64,000 bases of DNA. Origin: Candidatus Sulfomarinibacteraceae bacterium (lineage in GTDB: Bacteria; Acidobacteriota; Thermoanaerobaculia; Thermoanaerobaculales; Sulfomarinibacteraceae). The stretch is taken from NCBI GenBank assembly GCA_963796455.1, contig CAWCLO010000006.1, positions 1-64,000 on the forward strand. Reading direction: 5' to 3'. The translations under genes were made by a program, and so were the position numbers. Of the stretch, positions 11,501 through 19,800 are shown piece after piece (positions within the stretch are counted from its first letter, which is position 1; every line of letters begins with the position of its first letter). Under the pieces are notes generated by a model. That model made no database searches and was not told where the DNA came from. It saw only the letters and a list, made by a program, of their open reading frames with translations.

Positions 11501-12157
11501 GTGACCCAGGCCCTGAAAGCTCTACCACCTGAAGGTTGAGAGTCGCGCCTTGTTCTCCGTGGTCTCCGCCTATCGTGGGGCACTGGTGGGACACTCGCGC
11601 TCAATCCCGCCCAACAAACGCCAATACACCCCATCAAAGCAGTGACACACAAGGTCCTCTTTTGGGGCCGTTTACCTTGTTGTGTAGTGTTGAAGGTGAT
11701 TGACACATGTTGTTGATAATAAGCTATTTACAGGACTTTTAATCCGGTGGTCCCGGGTTTACGTCGTCCCCCTCCCTGCCACCCTCACGACGCGTCCCGC
11801 CGAGATGAGCGGGTGGCCCTACCGGGCCCTGCTGCGGCTTTGCAGACGACGATGGGTCAGAGCTCCCTCGTCGCTTCGCTCCTCGGGACGCCGTTCGCCT
11901 CGCGCAGGACACGCCTGCTGGGCTCACGGCGCCTCTTCGACCCCCATGGCGAGGGCCACACACCGCTCCCTTCGGCGTGTTGGCTCGCGGCTTTCGGCCG
12001 CGGCGTTGCACCGCCGTCAGCGAGTGGCCGATGGTCGGCTTCCCATCCCCCACCCGTCCAACCTCGGCCACACGTCGCTGCCGTCGGCGGAATCGAGTCC
12101 TAGGCGGCCCACCAGGCTTCGTTCAAAACTGCGTTTTGAACCACGCCCGGGCAAGCC
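11501..12157 (+). mobile_element. att-like junction: boundary motif, arm doublet, tRNA-Lys 3' half split by a 334-bp insert, then a palindrome
   Basis: TACCACCTGAAGGTTGAGAGT at 11523; arms at 11576 and 11587; tRNA parts at 11733-11759 and 12094-12114. Confidence 0.85.
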
Positions 12158-12446
12158 CACCATAGCCTGGAACGCTGTTTTGAACGGAGCCTGCTCGTGA
12201 GGGCGTAGCGCGGAGCGCGAAGCCCCATCACGGCGTAGCGCAACGAAGCCGGACATCCTCCTCCACGCCACACAAGGCCTCGAACTACGCCCGGGTAAGC
12301 CAAGTCACGGCGTCTTGTGACGGCGTAGCCTCTGGGCGAAGCCGCAAGCCGGAGGCGACTTGTGCCGGCGAAGTCGAAGACGAAGCCGCAAGCCGGATTC
12401 CGAAGCCACCCGCCAACTAAGTCTCAGACTACGCCTGGGTAATGCC
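12115..12446. repeat. cluster of REP-like GGCGTAG...CGAAGCC / CTTCG...CTACGCC palindromic units
   Basis: Units near 12115, 12201, 12232, 12283, 12321, 12367 and 12428; related units at 82, 3885, 7436, 9446, 16007-16100 and 19610-19757. Confidence 0.75.
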
Positions 12447-12579
12447 TGCTCTCAACATCCAAAATGGGCCACAAGATCACGAGTGTGTGTTTTGATCATT
12501 CAACGCCCAACTTCCTAAGGTTCTAATCCAGCGAAGCCGGAACCATAGTCACCGAGGGTGGTGAGCTACGATCGTCGAC

Positions 12580-14091
12580 ATGTCACAGCTAAAGGAACGG
12601 TATCGGCGGGTTGTTGTGGGAGAGGTGTCGTGTTTTGACCGGGTGGTCATCAACGGGACGCTGACGGAGATCTGCCACACGGCGGCGGTGGCACAGTACC
12701 TGATTTCTCGCAAGGAGCGATTACTGGACATGCCGCGGGTATTTGAGCGAATGAAGACCGAGATCGTGGCGAACGCGAAGGCAGTTGCCACCGCCCACGG
12801 GCTCAAGATCGAGTACATCCCTCGGAAGAGCTTTCGGAAGGAAGAACGGATTCGAGAGATCCTCGCTGAGCGTGGTGACGACCCTGGGTTGGTGCACATC
12901 TTTTCTGCGACCGAGCGATTGAACACCTTTCGAGCCGGGGCCCGCAAGGACACAGGCCGACCGTTCATCGCACCGCGACAGGGACAGTGCCTGCACTATT
13001 ACTTCTACTTCATTGATCCAGATTTTGGGCTTTGTTACCTGCGGGTGCCGACATGGGCGCCTTTTCGTTTGCAGTTCTACTTCAACGGTCACAACTGGCT
13101 GGCTCGTCGGCTTTCAGAGGAAGGCATCGATTTCACACTGATCGACAACGCTTTCGTGAATATCGCAGATTTCGACAGAGCACAGGAGATCGCCGACGAA
13201 TTCCCCGTAAGGGCCCTGCACACGAGGCTGGACGATCTGGCACGCCTGCTGTGCCCGGTAATCCGCTACTTTCACTCCGGCTACTACTGGAGCTTGATGC
13301 AGGTGGAGTATGCCACCGACCTGATCTTCACCTCGGCCGAGGCGCTGGCTCCGCTGTATGACCATTTGGTGCGTACCGCGGCGCATGCGGTCAAGGTAGA
13401 TCAGATCGCGACCTTTCTTGGACGCCGTCTCGACGGGCGTTTCGCCGGCGAGATCGGCAACCGTTTTCACACGCGCATCCAAGGCACGAGCATCAGACAC
13501 CATATGGGCCGTGCCTCAATCAAGATGTATGACAAGATTGGCCGGGTCTTGCGCATCGAGACCACCGTCAACGATGTCACCATTTTCAAGTACCACCGCA
13601 TGGTGGAACACCGCGACGGGACGCAGTCTATGAAGACCGCACCCGTGAAGAAGAACATCTACAGCCTTGCGATCATGGCGAAGCTCATGGCGGCGGCCAA
13701 CCGTCGCTATCTGGACTTCCTGGCCGCTCTCGACGACCCGTCCGATGGAGCCCGGAAGCTGCCGAAGGTCGCGGAGTCGGTGCGGAGGAAAGGACGCAGC
13801 CACCGCGGCTTCAACCTGTTTCAGGCAGAGGACCTCGCGGTCTTCCTCGCCATCGTCCGCGGTGAGTTTGCCATCACAGGCTTCCGTAACCTCGATCTTC
13901 GGCGCCATCTCGGAAAGAACAGCCGCCAGGTGTCCCGAATCCTCAAAAGGCTGCGGCTCCACGGCCTCATCAAGATCGTCGGGAAACGGTACAAGTACTA
14001 CCTCACCCGCCTCGGTCGATCGGTCGTCTCCTGTGCGCTTCAACTCCGCGAAAACCTCGTCATCCCCACACTTGCCGCGCCGATCAGCTGA
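12580..14091 (+). CDS. putative transposase of an unclassified IS-like family with C-terminal winged HTH
   Basis: Intact 503-aa ORF; motifs SCFDRVVINGTL, HYYFYFIDPDFGLCYLRVPTWAPF, QVEYATD, KMYDK...LRIETT, GFRNLDLR...RLRLHGLI; no DDE pattern evident. Confidence 0.6.
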   Translation: MSQLKERYRRVVVGEVSCFDRVVINGTLTEICHTAAVAQYLISRKERLLDMPRVFERMKTEIVANAKAVATAHGLKIEYIPRKSFRKEERIREILAERGDDPGLVHIFSATERLNTFRAGARKDTGRPFIAPRQGQCLHYYFYFIDPDFGLCYLRVPTWAPFRLQFYFNGHNWLARRLSEEGIDFTLIDNAFVNIADFDRAQEIADEFPVRALHTRLDDLARLLCPVIRYFHSGYYWSLMQVEYATDLIFTSAEALAPLYDHLVRTAAHAVKVDQIATFLGRRLDGRFAGEIGNRFHTRIQGTSIRHHMGRASIKMYDKIGRVLRIETTVNDVTIFKYHRMVEHRDGTQSMKTAPVKKNIYSLAIMAKLMAAANRRYLDFLAALDDPSDGARKLPKVAESVRRKGRSHRGFNLFQAEDLAVFLAIVRGEFAITGFRNLDLRRHLGKNSRQVSRILKRLRLHGLIKIVGKRYKYYLTRLGRSVVSCALQLRENLVIPTLAAPIS

Positions 14092-14331
14092 CGCACCGCC
14101 AGGATTTGTCTCCATCTTGCGGACAATCTCACGGGTAAGGAGCTAAAGCCCGGCACCGAGACCTAAAGCCCGGCAGACCGAGACCGAGACTTTCGGCTGC
14201 TCCAGCTCACCCTTCGTATGAATCCACTGGTGCGAGCAGCCATCCTCGTGCAGGTCACCTGGTGTCGATGGATCCCACAACTGGTATTTGCCGATGTCGA
14301 TACTGATTTGGCGACGGTCGTGATGGATGCG

Positions 14332-14913
14332 CTATCCGCTCGCCTCAGCTCGGGCCGTCGCGAGGAGTTCGGACAGGCCGAGACGGCGAGCCCACTCATC
14401 CAGATACAGTGCGTCGAGCCTGTCTTCTTGGGCTTTGAGGACTCCAAGCAGGTCTTTCCATTGGCGATCAGAGACGCCGCCGCCTTCTTTGAACCACTGA
14501 AGCTTGCGAAGGACGATGTCCTCGGCTGATTTGACCGCGGCCCACCTGGGAGGGTCGACGACGATCTGCTCTCTGATGCTGCGCTGCAACTCGACACGAT
14601 CGAACTGCTGGTCTCCTGCGACGAAAAAGTCCACCTTGAAGCCGCTCGTCAGGTGGATGGCGTTGAAGCTGGTTTTTTGCGAAACCGCGTCTGCTACGAC
14701 CGACTCGTCCACGTAGAAATCTCCGGCCAGAGAAGCAGCGAGTTGGCGTCCTGCCTCTGGCGACAGATCGACGACGATGTCCACGTCGCCGGTCTGGCGG
14801 GGCACGCCGTGGATGGTGCTGGCAAAGGACCCGCCGAGGTGGTATGGAATCGATAGGCCATCGAGGATGTCGATCACCTGGACCACGACGGCCAGCACCG
14901 AGGTCACGCTCAT
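14332..14913 (-). CDS. nucleotidyltransferase-fold protein (putative TA component)
   Basis: YHLGGSFASTIHGVPRQTGDVDIVV, KVDFF, SAEDIVLRKLQW. Confidence 0.7.
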   Translation of the reverse strand: MSVTSVLAVVVQVIDILDGLSIPYHLGGSFASTIHGVPRQTGDVDIVVDLSPEAGRQLAASLAGDFYVDESVVADAVSQKTSFNAIHLTSGFKVDFFVAGDQQFDRVELQRSIREQIVVDPPRWAAVKSAEDIVLRKLQWFKEGGGVSDRQWKDLLGVLKAQEDRLDALYLDEWARRLGLSELLATARAEASG

Positions 14914-15158
14914 GACTTGAGGGGGCCGAAGGCGGCCGCAGCCAGGTCTTCTCCCAGGATCAGATCCATGAGAAGGCGTTCGATGGTCTCTCGACATGCG
15001 TCGGGGTTGCGGCTGCGCAGTCCGGCACGGGCCAGATCTCTGGCTGCGAGACAGGCATCATCGAGCAGCTCCAACCGACGCCAGGCAGGCATGTCGCGGA
15101 AGATCCCGAGCATCACGGCCTCCGCGTCTGCAGACGTGTCCCGTGAGAGAGTTCCCAT
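14910..15158 (-). CDS. small partner protein (putative antitoxin) coupled to the nucleotidyltransferase
   Basis: 82 aa, DTSADAEAVMLGIFRDMPAWRRLELL; ATGA overlap with the next gene. Confidence 0.65.
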   Translation of the reverse strand: MGTLSRDTSADAEAVMLGIFRDMPAWRRLELLDDACLAARDLARAGLRSRNPDACRETIERLLMDLILGEDLAAAAFGPLKS

Positions 15159-15346
15159 GGTTTAAGGATACAAGAACGCTCTGCACGGTGCCACGGAAGT
15201 GTCTTCATCAATGGGTATGACGTTCATGATCGGCCTCAATGTGGAGAAGTCGATCATGACGGCGGGCTTCATGTCGCCTGGGCACATAATCAAGAGCAAC
15301 AAGGGCGCCTTCTAATGGGTGGCACCCTTCCTGACCGGGCCTCGAT

Positions 15347-15380
15347 TACCTTGACAAGGTATACCTTGATTAGGTATATT
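15347..15380 (+). promoter_or_regulatory. higBA promoter with tandem palindromic operators
   Basis: TTGACA at 15351 and TATATT at 15375; TACCTTGACAAGGTA (15347-15361) and TACCTTGATTAGGTA (15362-15376). Confidence 0.8.
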
Positions 15381-15388
15381 GATTTCGG

Positions 15389-15679
15389 ATGGCAATCAAG
15401 AGCTTCGCCGGCCGGGCAATCGAGAGGTTCTTTTTCGAAGGAGTTGCTCCAAAACGTGCCGGTTGGGCCGGGGTCGTGAAAGCCGCCGCCAGAAAGCTGG
15501 ACATGCTGGATTACGCGAATCAGCTGAAGGATCTGGCCTCTCCTCCGGGAAACCGGCTGGAGGCTCTGAAAGGAGACCTCTCGGGTTTTCACAGTATCCG
15601 GATAAACGATCAGTGGAGAGTGATCTTCAGGTGGACTGATTCGGGTCCGACCGATGTAGACATTCATGATTATCATTGA
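15389..15679 (+). CDS. higB: HigB (RelE/ParE-type) toxin
   Basis: IKSF...PPGNRLEALKGDLSGFHSIRINDQWRVIFRW...DYH. Confidence 0.92.
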   Translation: MAIKSFAGRAIERFFFEGVAPKRAGWAGVVKAAARKLDMLDYANQLKDLASPPGNRLEALKGDLSGFHSIRINDQWRVIFRWTDSGPTDVDIHDYH

Positions 15680-15686
15680 GGAAAGC

Positions 15687-15977
15687 ATGAAGAGACGACG
15701 CGAACCAACGACACCGGGCGAAATTCTCCGCGATGAGTTTCTCGTGCCGCTGGGAATGACTCAGAAAGAACTGGCTGATCACATCGGATGCGATGTGAAG
15801 GTCATCAATCGAATTGTCAACGGACGAACCTCGGTGTCGGCCGAGATGGCCCTGAGGCTAGGTGCCACCTTCAGGACTTCACCCGAGTTCTGGCTGAATG
15901 CTCAGAAGGCCGTGGATCTGTTCCGCGCCGGACACCGGGTCCCCAACCTGCCGGCGCCCGTGCTCAAGGCGAGCTGA
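15687..15977 (+). CDS. higA: HigA antitoxin
   Basis: PTTPGEILRDEFLVPLGMTQ...SAEMALRL...PEFWLNAQ. Confidence 0.92.
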   Translation: MKRRREPTTPGEILRDEFLVPLGMTQKELADHIGCDVKVINRIVNGRTSVSAEMALRLGATFRTSPEFWLNAQKAVDLFRAGHRVPNLPAPVLKAS

Positions 15978-16184
15978 TTGTAGAGCCAAGTCCCGCCGTC
16001 TAGTGACGGCGTAGCTGCGAAGCAGAAGAAGAGGGCATACGCCTCCACGGCGATACCTAACCTCGAACTACGCCCGGGCAAGCCTGTCACGGCGAAGCCC
16101 AGCGCCGGAACGCTCCCACAATGCGACAATACGGAACGTGTGACTTCTCATAGCGGCACGAAAACACAAAGCGGAGGTCGGTTC

Positions 16185-16993
16185 GTGCATCATCATCCAC
16201 CCCCAAAGGCGTCTCCCACCGCCTTCTTCGTGCTGACCTTCGTCCTATCCGTGCCTTTCTACATTCTCAATGCACTCGCGTATCTCAATGTCCTTTTCGA
16301 GCCCAAAATGGGCGCCCTTTATGTTTCCCTCTTCACCCTCACGCCGATCACGTCCGCCTCGATCCTGGCATTCCGAAGGAACAGATGGGATGGCGTGAAA
16401 AGACTCCTCGGGAGAATCTTTGATTTCAGGAGGATCGGGAGCAAGAAATGGTACGTACCCATCCTTCTCTTGGTGCCTCTGGTCTTTCTGCTTTCCCTGG
16501 GGGTGATGGTCTTGTCGGGGGAGCCGATTCCTGCTGGGTTGATCCCGGTCGTGGCCCTGCCGGCGGTATTCCTCTTCTTCTTCATCCTGGCGGCCGGGGA
16601 AGAGGTCGGCTGGATGGGATACGCCTTCGGGCCAATGCAGGCGAAGGGCGGCGCCCTCAAGGCCTCCCTGGTGCTGGGTGTGATTTGGGCGGTCTGGCAC
16701 GTTCCTTTTTTGTCTTCATGATGCCCGATCCGGTGATCCTCCTCGCGCAGCTCTTCACGCTGGTGGGGACCCGGGTCCTGATGGCCTGGATCTTCAACAA
16801 CACGGGGCAGAGCGTTTTCGCGGCCATCTTGTTCCATGCCGCCGACAATGCAGCGCTCGTGACCATGCCTGAGATCCAGGCAATCTCCCCCTGGGGCGCC
16901 GTCGTGCACAGCACATTTATCCTGGTCGCCGCCGGCGTCGTTGCGCTGCTGTGGGGGCCCCGGACCTTGGCTCGATTCAGGTTCGGGGACTGA
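16185..16993 (+). CDS. CPBP/CAAX (Abi) intramembrane metalloprotease (frameshift near 16710)
   Basis: GEEVGWMGY, WAVWHVP, FNNTGQSVFAAILFHA. Confidence 0.85.
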
Positions 16994-17146
16994 GTTTGTG
17001 CGATTCGATGGTTTCCACCCAGAACGACCTCGGCAACACCTCCGAGAAGGGGCGGCATGACAGCAAGTGATGCCGCGGGACCCGGCGCCGGCCCCGAGCT
17101 GGTACGAGCTTCGAGGTATTGCGCTTTTTGACTGAGAGGAGTCGAC

Positions 17147-17638
17147 ATGACAGAAAAGGCCCAGTGCGCGCTTGCTGACGGCTTTCGTCTTTGGGAGAAG
17201 ATCTACGCTCAGGGGTCGTTCATCGGGATGGGAATTTTCGCCGTTGTCGGCATCGCGCTCGTTGATTGGCGATGGGTTCTGCCCTATCTCGTGATTTACG
17301 CGTACGGCATCTTGGGAGTCGTCATGAGGCACCTCAATTGTCCGAGATGTCCGCATCTCCATGTTTACAACGACTGCCTGCAATTCCCCACACCAATCAC
17401 GAAATGGCTGGTGAAAGAGCAAAAGACGACGCCATTCAGCACTATGGAGAAGCTCCTCTTCTTCTCGATCTTTCTTCTCATACCCACGTATCCCATCTAC
17501 TGGCTGGTGGCAAGCCCATTCACGTTGGTCGGGTTCCTGTCGTTGGCCGCTGTATGGTACGGCGGGCAGTTCTTCTATTTCTGCAAGAGATGCCGAGTCG
17601 AGCAGTGTCCCGTCAATCGGGCTGTGTTCATTCACTGA
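17147..17638 (+). CDS. membrane protein with Cys clusters
   Basis: GAGGAG RBS; TM segments; CPRCPH and CKRCRVEQCP. Confidence 0.7.
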   Translation: MTEKAQCALADGFRLWEKIYAQGSFIGMGIFAVVGIALVDWRWVLPYLVIYAYGILGVVMRHLNCPRCPHLHVYNDCLQFPTPITKWLVKEQKTTPFSTMEKLLFFSIFLLIPTYPIYWLVASPFTLVGFLSLAAVWYGGQFFYFCKRCRVEQCPVNRAVFIH

Positions 17639-17687
17639 CGCATCAAGACCCTCAGCGGTGCCACCCTTCGCATTCACACACTGCCGG

Positions 17688-17850
17688 TGACCCAGGCCCT
17701 ATTTTCTGTACCACCTGAAGGTTGAGAGTTTCACCTCCGGTGCCATCCTGGCGATGGGCCTCGACAGGTCTTTCCGGTATCGAGTTTTGTGGGACACTCT
17801 TGGGACACTTGCGCTCAACATCGGCCCAAAACCGACAACGAAAACCAACA
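17688..17850 (+). mobile_element. truncated att-like junction (boundary motif plus arm doublet, tRNA part absent)
   Basis: GTGACCCAGGCCCT...TACCACCTGAAGGTTGAGAGT (17709) and TGGGACAC at 17790 and 17801 followed by TTGCGCTCAAC, as at 7033 and 11587. Confidence 0.7.
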
Positions 17851-17980
17851 GAAGGAGGTCTCCCGAAGCCCCCATGGCGCGCGTGGCGCGGGAGGTCGCG
17901 CGGGTCCCGGTAGAGAAACCGGCCCGCGCGGGCGAACCGGAATTCTCCCGTTGATCAGCGACCCGTGGAGCCGTCAGGCC

Positions 17981-19084
17981 CTACTCTGCGCGATCGTCGT
18001 AGGTCGGAAAGTCGGTGTAGCCTTTGGCGCCGTTGCCGCCCGAGTACCAGGTGCTCATATCGAAGTCTTCGTTGAGGGGCCAGCCGTTTGCGAAGCGGGC
18101 CGGAAGGTCGGGGTTGTTGATGAACGGTCGGCCGAAGGCAATCAGATCGGCAGCGCCTCGACCGACCGCCTCCTCGGCGGTCTCGACATCGTAACCGCAA
18201 CTGCCGATAAGGGTTCCGTGGTAGACCTCGCGGGCGTGTTCGAGAGTGACCGGCTCACCGAGTTCATGGAACCCGAATGCCAGTCCGTCAACCAGATGGA
18301 GGTAGGCCAGGCCCATGGCCTGCAACTGTTTTGCCGTGTAGGTGAAGGTCTCGCGATAGTCCGGTGAGCCCATGTCGTTGAATGACCCGTTGGGGGAGAG
18401 GCGCACGCCCACCCGGTCCGACGACCAGGCTTTGCTCGCCGCTTCGAGGACCTCTCCGAGGAGCCGAAAACGCTTCTCGATACTGCCTCCATAGCGGTCG
18501 GTGCGCCGATTGGTCTTGGACTCGAGGAACTGGTTGAGCAGGTAGCCGTTGGCGGCGTGGACCTCGACGCCGTCGAAGCCTGCGGTTCGTGCGAGTTCTG
18601 TAGCTCGCGCGAAGTCGGCGACGATGGCGGGGATCTCATCGGGCTCCAGGGCCCTGGGTGTCTCGTAGGGCTTCGGGCCGTCGGGCGTGTGCACGTGATC
18701 TCCTTCGAGCTTGACCGCTGAGGGGGCCACCGCCGGCTGACCGCCGTGAAACGCGCTGTGCGACGCCCGGCCGCAGTGCCAGAGCTGCAGGAAAATCGGC
18801 GTGCCCGTCGCGTGAACGGCGTCGGTCACCAGCTTCCAGCCCTCGGCCTGGGCCTCGGTGTAGATCCCGGGGGAATCGACCCAACCGATTCCCTGCTCGG
18901 AGACGACCGTCGCCTCGGTGATCAGGAGTCCGGCCCCGGCGCGTTGGACGTAGTACTCCGCCATGAGTTCGCTGGGAACCCTGCCTTCCCCTGCCCTTGC
19001 GCGGGTCATCGGCGCGAGCACGATGCGATTCTTCAGGGTCAGGCCGCTCATTTCGAACGAGGTGAAGAGCTGCTTTTCGGTCAT
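17981..19084 (-). CDS. alkene reductase (old yellow enzyme, NemA/XenB-like)
   Basis: LKNRIVLAPMTRAR, QLWHCGR, GFDGVEVHAANGYLLNQFL, FGRPFINNPDLP. Confidence 0.93.
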   Translation of the reverse strand: MTEKQLFTSFEMSGLTLKNRIVLAPMTRARAGEGRVPSELMAEYYVQRAGAGLLITEATVVSEQGIGWVDSPGIYTEAQAEGWKLVTDAVHATGTPIFLQLWHCGRASHSAFHGGQPAVAPSAVKLEGDHVHTPDGPKPYETPRALEPDEIPAIVADFARATELARTAGFDGVEVHAANGYLLNQFLESKTNRRTDRYGGSIEKRFRLLGEVLEAASKAWSSDRVGVRLSPNGSFNDMGSPDYRETFTYTAKQLQAMGLAYLHLVDGLAFGFHELGEPVTLEHAREVYHGTLIGSCGYDVETAEEAVGRGAADLIAFGRPFINNPDLPARFANGWPLNEDFDMSTWYSGGNGAKGYTDFPTYDDRAE

Positions 19085-19800
19085 GTTGTCTCCAGGTCGT
19101 GTATTGACCGCGAGCAGCGACAGTTGCTGCTCATCGTGTGCGGGTCAGCCAGAGCAACAAACCATGGAGATGATGCTATTCCTCGCGAAAATCCCGGAGT
19201 GTTCGGGTTGTCTGGTCGTCGGCGGGGGCGCAGGCGCGACCACCCCCCGAAGCCAGGACGAGCAGATGGGCGAAGACTCCGTCGGTCGGTTTTGTCTGCC
19301 TTCTCGTCTTCCGGATTGGTTCAGGTATGCGTGTCATGCGGTTATCGGTGGTAACTCCACCATTTTCAAAGATGCTCACAAAGCGCATACCTGGCACCCG
19401 ACTACGGCAAAAGGCCCGACCAGGCGCCGGTGTCACCGCTTTCGAATCCATCACTGAACAGGGGAAACCCGGCGCGGACCCAGATGCCTGCGATCCCACC
19501 GGCATAGCCGGTTGACTCCACAGCCAATGCGATGGCCTCGACGGTTTCCGCCGCCAGCTAGGGCGCCACGTTCCGCATTGGCCTTTTGGTTTGGTGGCCC
19601 CGGGTTTGCGTCGTAGCCCGTGGGACGAAGCCGGAAGCCGGACATCCCTTTCGAAGCCAGTACCTAATCGAGAACTACGCCCTGGCACGCCATCCTTCTG
19701 TTAACCCAGATTCGAGCGAAGCCTGCTTGTGACGGCGAAGGGCGCAACGCCACATCAATTTCATCTCTCCGCCAGTGCCACCCGCGCGATCTACCATGCC

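Noticed and set aside
7179..12114. Intron-containing functional tRNA genes or tmRNA
   Set aside because: No 5' acceptor strand or D-arm upstream, the second copy has T-stem mismatches, and no group I/II intron or tag-ORF features were recognised.
7118..12200. Duplicated ORFs (RPAEMSGWPYRALLRL...) over the T-loop inserts
   Set aside because: Open in several frames on both strands, no RBS, Arg/Ala/Gly-rich: a by-product of GC-rich palindromic DNA.
1..19760. CRISPR array or classical integron as the explanation for the repeats
   Set aside because: No regular repeat-spacer period, cas genes or intI. Only one partial attC-like end (minus-strand GTTAGGC at ~8713-8719) was seen, without a matching RYYYAAC.
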